DNA of 63,183 bases, counting the filler, from Collodictyon triciliatum (taxonomy: Eukaryota), in the NCBI GenBank assembly GCA_043381765.1. It is 6 parts of 5 records of this genome, joined end to end, with 100 filler letters (N's around TTAATTAATTAA, not from the genome) between each part and the next. Parts side by side here need not be neighbours in the genome. Positions count along the whole stretch, not along the records: positions 47,087 to 57,627 come from JBHJMP010000394.1; positions 57,728 to 63,183 come from JBHJMP010000397.1; 4 more parts are not named here. One strand, given 5' to 3'. Below are positions 57,101 to 63,183 of the stretch, piece after piece. The number at the start of each line of letters is the position of its first letter. Position 1 is the first letter of the stretch. The notes beneath the pieces are model-generated. The model ran no database searches, was not told where the DNA came from, and worked only from the letters and a program-made list of their open reading frames with translations. A program made the translations under genes and the position numbers.

Positions 57101-57273
57101 TCACACGCAACAAATTCGAGAATAAGTACTGAGGGAAGAGGAGCAACATATGAATATGAATTTATTGAGTGTTTAGACAGAATGGGGCACAAATGACCCG
57201 ATATTCTCACCCCGCTGCTTTCCTCGCTATGGCTGGTCGTGTCACTGGCTATTTGCGAAACGCGCAAACTCAT
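51795..57273 (-). CDS. STE20-family kinase with CRIB-like motif and C-terminal CaaX-like end
   Basis: EIGVPYNVIHKSHVDFDLQW (CRIB-like) precedes LGSGTFGSV, LAIK, HPNIVSYYG, WILMEYC, HRDIKAANILL, DFGVAGQL, MAPE and ADIWALGITSIELAE. The last exon ends ...RCCCTIS*. Confidence 0.9.
54013..54105. repeat. (TAA)n intronic microsatellite
   Basis: Read directly from the sequence. Confidence 0.95.
56124..56410. repeat. (TATG)n intronic microsatellite with gap
   Basis: Read directly from the sequence. Confidence 0.95.
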
Positions 57274-57727
57274 CTGTTAACAGCAGCGGTTTCCCAGTGT
57301 TTCTCGCAGTACTTTTGGGCTCGATCTATGCCGTTCAGAAGGGCACCTATGAAAAAGGAAAAGAAACACGTATAAGCACGAGCGATTTAGTTCTTTTCTT
57401 TATTTTTCATGTGTTGTCATCATTTCACATTCGTTGCCTTTGAATCGAATAAAGGAAAATTTCACAATCGTTGTCTGATCTCTACGCCCCTGAGGCTTTT
57501 CATTTCATTTTCTTTCTCTTTCTCTTTCTCTTTTTTCTTTTTTCTTTTTTCTTTTTTCTTTTTTCTTTTTTCTTTTTTCTTTTTTCTTTTTTCTTTTTTC
57601 TTTTTTCTTTTTCTTTTTTCTTTTTTCNNNNNNNNNNNNNNNNNNNNNNNNNNNNNNNNNNNNNNNNNNNNTTAATTAATTAANNNNNNNNNNNNNNNNN
57701 NNNNNNNNNNNNNNNNNNNNNNNNNNN

Positions 57728-57848
57728 ATAATGATAATGATAATGATAATGATAATGATAATGATAATGATAATGATAATGATAATGATAATGATAATGA
57801 TAATGATAATGATAATGATAATGATAATGATAATGATAATGATAATGA
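57728..57848. repeat. (ATAATG)n hexamer repeat
   Basis: Read directly from the sequence. Confidence 0.95.
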
Positions 57849-57871
57849 TGAAAATGGTGATGATATGGTAC

Positions 57872-58686
57872 CGTATACTACTTTTTCTGCCTCGGAGCCA
57901 GGTAGTGTTTTTGAATTTACTGTGGCGATTGAAGCATATGACCCAGGTGAGATTCTATATATACCTTAATTATCTTAATATTTGCATAATTATGGTCACA
58001 AACCTAGCAAGTCGGCGGCCGCAGAAGAAGGCGATGTAGATGTGTTCAGTGTGTCTTCTTTGACCGGTGCAAGTCTTTTTCCAAAGCTCGAAATCTGTTT
58101 TTTCTATTATTATAAATCATATATATCAATTCCAACAGCAAGAAATCACATTGCTTTGATTGTCACCTGGTTCAGAAAATAGGAACACGTATGAAAAAAA
58201 AGCTTCCTAGGCTCCCTTGACTTATACCCCGTACCTCAGAAGGGCTCTTTTTCATTCGTTGTCCAGGCTTATGGATGTGTTTTTCAGGCGCTCCTTCTAA
58301 TTCAATAAGACCATTTGCAGTTTCCTCAAAAGAGTATTTTCGCATGTTTGTTTCGAAGAAATCATAGTATGATTTGAAGTGATGCCTATTTGGATTGTGC
58401 GCAAAGTGTGTAAGTATCTGAGCCAAAAAGCTTCCCTCCAGCTTTCATTTGCATGGCATGTATGCAAAGTTACCGAAATGACATTTTGTCCCAGCGCAGG
58501 CAGGCAAAGTTGTCATCTGCGCGTACATTAGCTGTGCGCTTATTTTCATAAGTAAGTAATGCAACTTCTCCAAAGTAGTCACCTCGCTTCAAGTGTTTAC
58601 AGACTTTTTTTTCTGTTGTATTAACAAAGACTGTTGCTGCTCCCTTTGAAATAATTTGGAGGAAAAAATTTTCTTTTGGGTTCTTT

Positions 58687-58744
<58 letters not shown>

Positions 58745-58760
58745 ATTTTTGTTTTTTTTA

Positions 58761-58803
<43 letters not shown>

Positions 58804-59894
58804 ACTAGATCGCATATATTTTCATTAGGCATGGAGGAATCTGGTAGAAAGAGAGGTGATTAAAAAAATTACAGAAAACACCACATAAAAGTAATGTCCT
58901 TCGCTCCCTGTTTCTATTAATAAATCTCCAGGTGTATAACCCATTAGTTCCATTGAATCTATTGCTAGACTTCGTTCGTAATCACCCATGAGAGATATGT
59001 CTAATGATGAAAATAAATGTTTGTCAATAAGTACCCATACCAGCGCATTAAATGGAATCTTTTTGAGAGTAAAAACGGTTTCAGTTTGTCTTGATTAATA
59101 CCCAAGGACATCTGACTCGCAAAAAAGTCCTGGTATTTTGATCGCTTCTTTGAAATTGGTCCGGCTAGATATTTGATAAATGCATCGCCAGTAATGTAAA
59201 ATACTATGGATTCTGTGGTGGCCTAAATCAGAGAATTTAATAGTTAATAATACCAATAACAATAAGCTTCACCGATGAATTAGATATCTCGTTTCTGACT
59301 GGATACATATTAATAACTACTTTCTTTAGGTAGAATGTGCCAAGGGTCTTAATTCTCAAAAATAAAACTTCGACAACGCATGTGCTTGAATATTGTTTGA
59401 ATCTAACCTTGACTGTAGCTGTGCGTGCTGTGCTTTTTAGCAATGATAATTCTCCAAAGTAATCACCGCACTTTAGAGATTTTATAATGTGCGATTCTTC
59501 GGTAGAGCTTAAACAAAGAAGTTCTTTAATTTATTTTGAGAGGAATAAATGTAGGAGAATAAAAATTACAAGATGATGTTGAATAATATGAATCTGTAAT
59601 TACATGTGTCCTTGTATTGCTTTTGTGTGTGTGTTTTGTGTGTGTGTGTTTTGTGTGTATGTATGTGTGTGTATGTATGTGTGTATGTGTGTGTATGTGT
59701 GTATGTGTGTGTATGTGTGTGTATGTGTGTGTATGTGTGTGTATGTGTGTGTATGTGTGTGTATGTGTGTGTATGTGTGTGTATGTGTGTGTATNNNNNN
59801 NNNNNNNNNNNNNNNNNNNNNNNNNNNNNNNNNNNNNNNNNNNNNNNNNNNNNNNNNNNNNNNNNNNNNNNNNNNNNNNNNNNNNNNNNNNNNN

Positions 59895-59969
<75 letters not shown>

Positions 59970-62833
59970 GTGTTGTGTTGTGTATTTTTCATTTCGCCAC
60001 ATACCTTTTTTGCATGACAGCAAGCTTTCCTGAAAAAACAACAAAAAAGCCATCGCTTGTGGTTCCTGTTGTTGAGTTCTCCATGTAAAACTTACATAGA
60101 CTTTATTCCAATTAAAAATGTATTAATTGACCTTTGAAATAAGTCATATTTTGATAGAATATAATTATGACCTTGAGTAAGTATTTCTTTCTCATTTTCC
60201 ACAAATATAGGGATTGTGTGTGATGCAAGTTTCACAGCCTATGTAAGTTGGATTAATTTTTATCAAAAAAAAATGTTTGTAAAAAAATTGATGTCCAAAT
60301 GATAATACAAACATTAATTTTTCGGACATAATTTCCAAGTTTTGATGACATCAAGAACCCAAGGATATATTGAACTGGTATTAAATGATTCAGGATACAC
60401 GTATGAAATAAAGATATAATTATTATTCAATATGTTGCAAATGTAAATGCTGTTTATTAAGCGTCAGATAAACTGATTTGTATTTGTTAATTTTTTATAA
60501 CTTGTTGTATAAAACTATGTGATAAGAGGAAATCACATCAAAAATGTTTCAGAATTTACCACGCGCTGATTTTTCTTCAAATTTTATCGCATTGCTATCA
60601 TTCAATAGCCCCAGTATATATCCAATCTATTGTTATGATGCAAATGATGCCTCATGTATATTTTTGTTGATATTCATATGTAGGGAGGTCAAAAGAAATA
60701 TGTAATACCATATCCCATGCCTTCTCGATATTGGATGCATCGCCGTTGATATTTTTTGCCGTGACATGGTCAACATATGATTCTGTCGAAGCCATGTTTG
60801 CTTGTGTTATTTGGATTGGACTATTGGGATATATTTCATAAACGATTTGGATATTCTCAGCTTTCAAAGATAAAAAAAAATAAAAGGCGAGTTAATTATC
60901 AAGATATGAACTTTATCCATTTTCAATCAACAAATTCGCATATCATTTCTTTCCTTGTAGGATAATCAATATTCCATTTGAGCTAGGCGGATAAAATAAC
61001 AAAAGGATCTTCGATTGTATAAGAGTACAATGAACTCCTTCCTTAAATCGAATAAGGAAATAAAAAAAACACAACTTCAATAGCCCATTCATAAGTTGTA
61101 TTGTAAAGAAACCTTGCCAGATTTTTCGAAAGAGGTGACGATGAACGTCCGTGTGGTGATGTCGGGGATGGGCTGCAAGTCATTTGGCTGCGAATCTTGG
61201 TATTTATCGCAGGTAATTGCTTTCGATATTTTGGTGGGTCATGTGCGCAAGGAGACAAGCTTGGAATGCGATAAATCCCTATTTCACCCACAGATAGAGA
61301 CCTCTGATTAGCATGGGGGAAAGGTCCGGGTATTCTGTCAGGAGAAGTGTTTGGTCTGCTTGGAGAAAAAGCCCTCCGCAAAAAAGTCGGTGATGGTGTC
61401 GGTGATGGTGAGTCTCTTGCTGATTCTTTTGCCTTCAGATCATGAAAGTGGAAAGGTGTTGAAGGTTACAATAAGGATTATGAGCAAGATGAAGCTGCAG
61501 TTGCGGAGCAGATTTTATGACCAAAAAAAAAGTCTCCTTTCACATGCTGTATTTGGTATTTGATGGTAAGATAATTGACAGCGCCAAATTAAAAATGATT
61601 AAATACGAAAGATACATTTACGCTTTCTGCATATCCAATAGCTTGCACACCTGAGCGGTAAACAGACACATCTGACTTTATCAAGGAAGTAAGATAGTCT
61701 TCCTGACATTTAATATGACTGCATTTAGTTGAAATATACAGATGCTAACTGGGGATTGGCTGATTTAAGTTCTCAACTATTTAACAAAATCGTGTCAAGA
61801 AAACAGAATAAATGCTTCTATATCATAATGTATTGATACATGCTAATAAAATATACATGTGTTGCACAGATTAAAGAATTGAACAAGACTAAACGCGGTG
61901 ATAGGTATACCATACTTTAAACTTTCCTTTCTCTGGTCTTTCGTCCGTAAAAAATCTTGAATCCCATCCAACTTCTCTCTGTGCAGATACATCCAATATA
62001 GGCGTCAATGGTTTATGCTTATTACTTGGGGATTGAAAAAAAAAAAAGTATACTTATCAGAATATTTATCCTGCGGAATACACTACGAAATTTAAACCAT
62101 GATGTATGTATAAGTCTCTCCACTCATTCTGAATGTAAACATGTATTCTTCCTGGGCATTTGAAAAATACCATCGACTAAAATCATGGCCAAATCTAACC
62201 AAAGGATCAATGTTTTTGGGAGAGTCTTCGTCCACATCGCCCGTTCCGTCATATTTAGAGTTTGGCTAGGTCGAGGGGTTTGTGAAGGAAACACACGAGA
62301 AGTATTACTTTTTAATATGGACAAGAGGTTGCATTACAACACAAATAAAGATTTTGTAAGAGCTAAACAAGAAACAAAGCGACATTCTTTCTATAAGCCT
62401 TTCAGCCTATATGCAAATAATGGTTAACACACAAAGAGTTGCATAATAAGCAAGCGTAGATGGACCTTTGCTTTGAAGGGCTCGTGTTTTGGTGGCGTGT
62501 ATTCTGAGTGGAGGACGCTGAGTGGTCGAACACTTCCGCCGTACCCGCCGCGTAGTTTCAGCGGGACGTAATGCTCTTTGTGTGAGAGTGACTCGGCTGG
62601 CGTTTGCATCGCCCTTCGGCTGCTAAATAAGAAGAGGAAGAAAAAAAAAAAGGCTTCGTTTTTTTCTTGAATGGAAAAGGGACGGTCGAGAGTATTTGGC
62701 TGACTGGCAGTGGTGGGTTCCTTTGTCCCGTTCTTGATACTTTCGTGCTTTGTGTTTCGTGTTTTGTGTTTGCCTTCCTTGTGCTTTTCTTTGCAACTGG
62801 CAGCTGTTGACGTCTTTGTTGATAGAACGACAT
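57872..62833 (-). CDS. Protein with two cyclic-nucleotide-binding (CNB) domains, 3'-partial
   Basis: Two phosphate-binding cassettes: GDYFGELSLLKSTARTATVK and GDYFGEVALLTYENKRTANVRAD. Also TQGTTSDGFFVVFSGKL. Runs into the contig end, and the start is uncertain. Confidence 0.8.
59625..59980. repeat. (GT)n / (GTGTGTGTAT)n intronic repeat with gap
   Basis: Read directly from the sequence. Confidence 0.95.
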
Positions 62834-63183
62834 TTCTGGATATATTTATTATGGAATTTATAGTTAATTAATCCAATTTATCTATATATTATCTATATGA
62901 ACAAAATACAAAACAAGACAACTGAACATATTTATTTAATTACAATTGAATGTAGTGAAGATTCTTCCAAGAGGGAAAATTTGGGTTCGACATCTTATTG
63001 CCCGAAACCAACGCAAGTCCCACCAAACTATATATATAATAGCTTTGAGACGCATCGCCCTTTTCTCCCAATAGAAACCGCATTCTTCAAACCCTCTTTC
63101 GTACATGAAGCCCACTCAGTTGATCTGAATCCACATCCTTTTTGGTCAATCGACCTGTTGGCACATTCACAAAACGCTGCAAA

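Noticed and set aside
60360-60368. ATATCCTTG on the minus strand in the CNB gene
   Set aside because: It is coding (QYILG), and the flanking introns are canonical and in phase.
63087-63183. Possible last exon on the minus strand (RFVNVPTGRLTKK...RV*)
   Set aside because: Too short and truncated by the window edge to assign.

Overview
Intron-rich eukaryotic genomic DNA, probably from a flagellated protist (it carries FAM227-like, CEP350-like and NEK genes). It is AT-rich and dense in microsatellites. The window is not one locus: five N-padded TTAATTAATTAA spacers show that six separate contigs/scaffolds were concatenated. By manual splicing I reconstruct about 13 multi-exon genes: FAM227-like, SNRNP25 (U11/U12-25K), a triple-GAF class I phosphodiesterase, a CAMK1-like kinase, sphingosine kinase, a NEK kinase, a single-repeat Myb protein, an HMG-box protein, a DUF4787-like secreted protein, CEP350-like, ESS2/DGCR14, a CRIB-STE20 kinase and a tandem cNMP-binding protein. 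The most notable signal is evidence for a minor (U12) spliceosome. There is a minor-spliceosome-specific gene (SNRNP25), and ESS2 contains two U12-type introns with divergent motifs (one AT-AC, one GT-AG). Family assignments come from recalled motifs, not database searches, and exon boundaries are unverified by RNA data.
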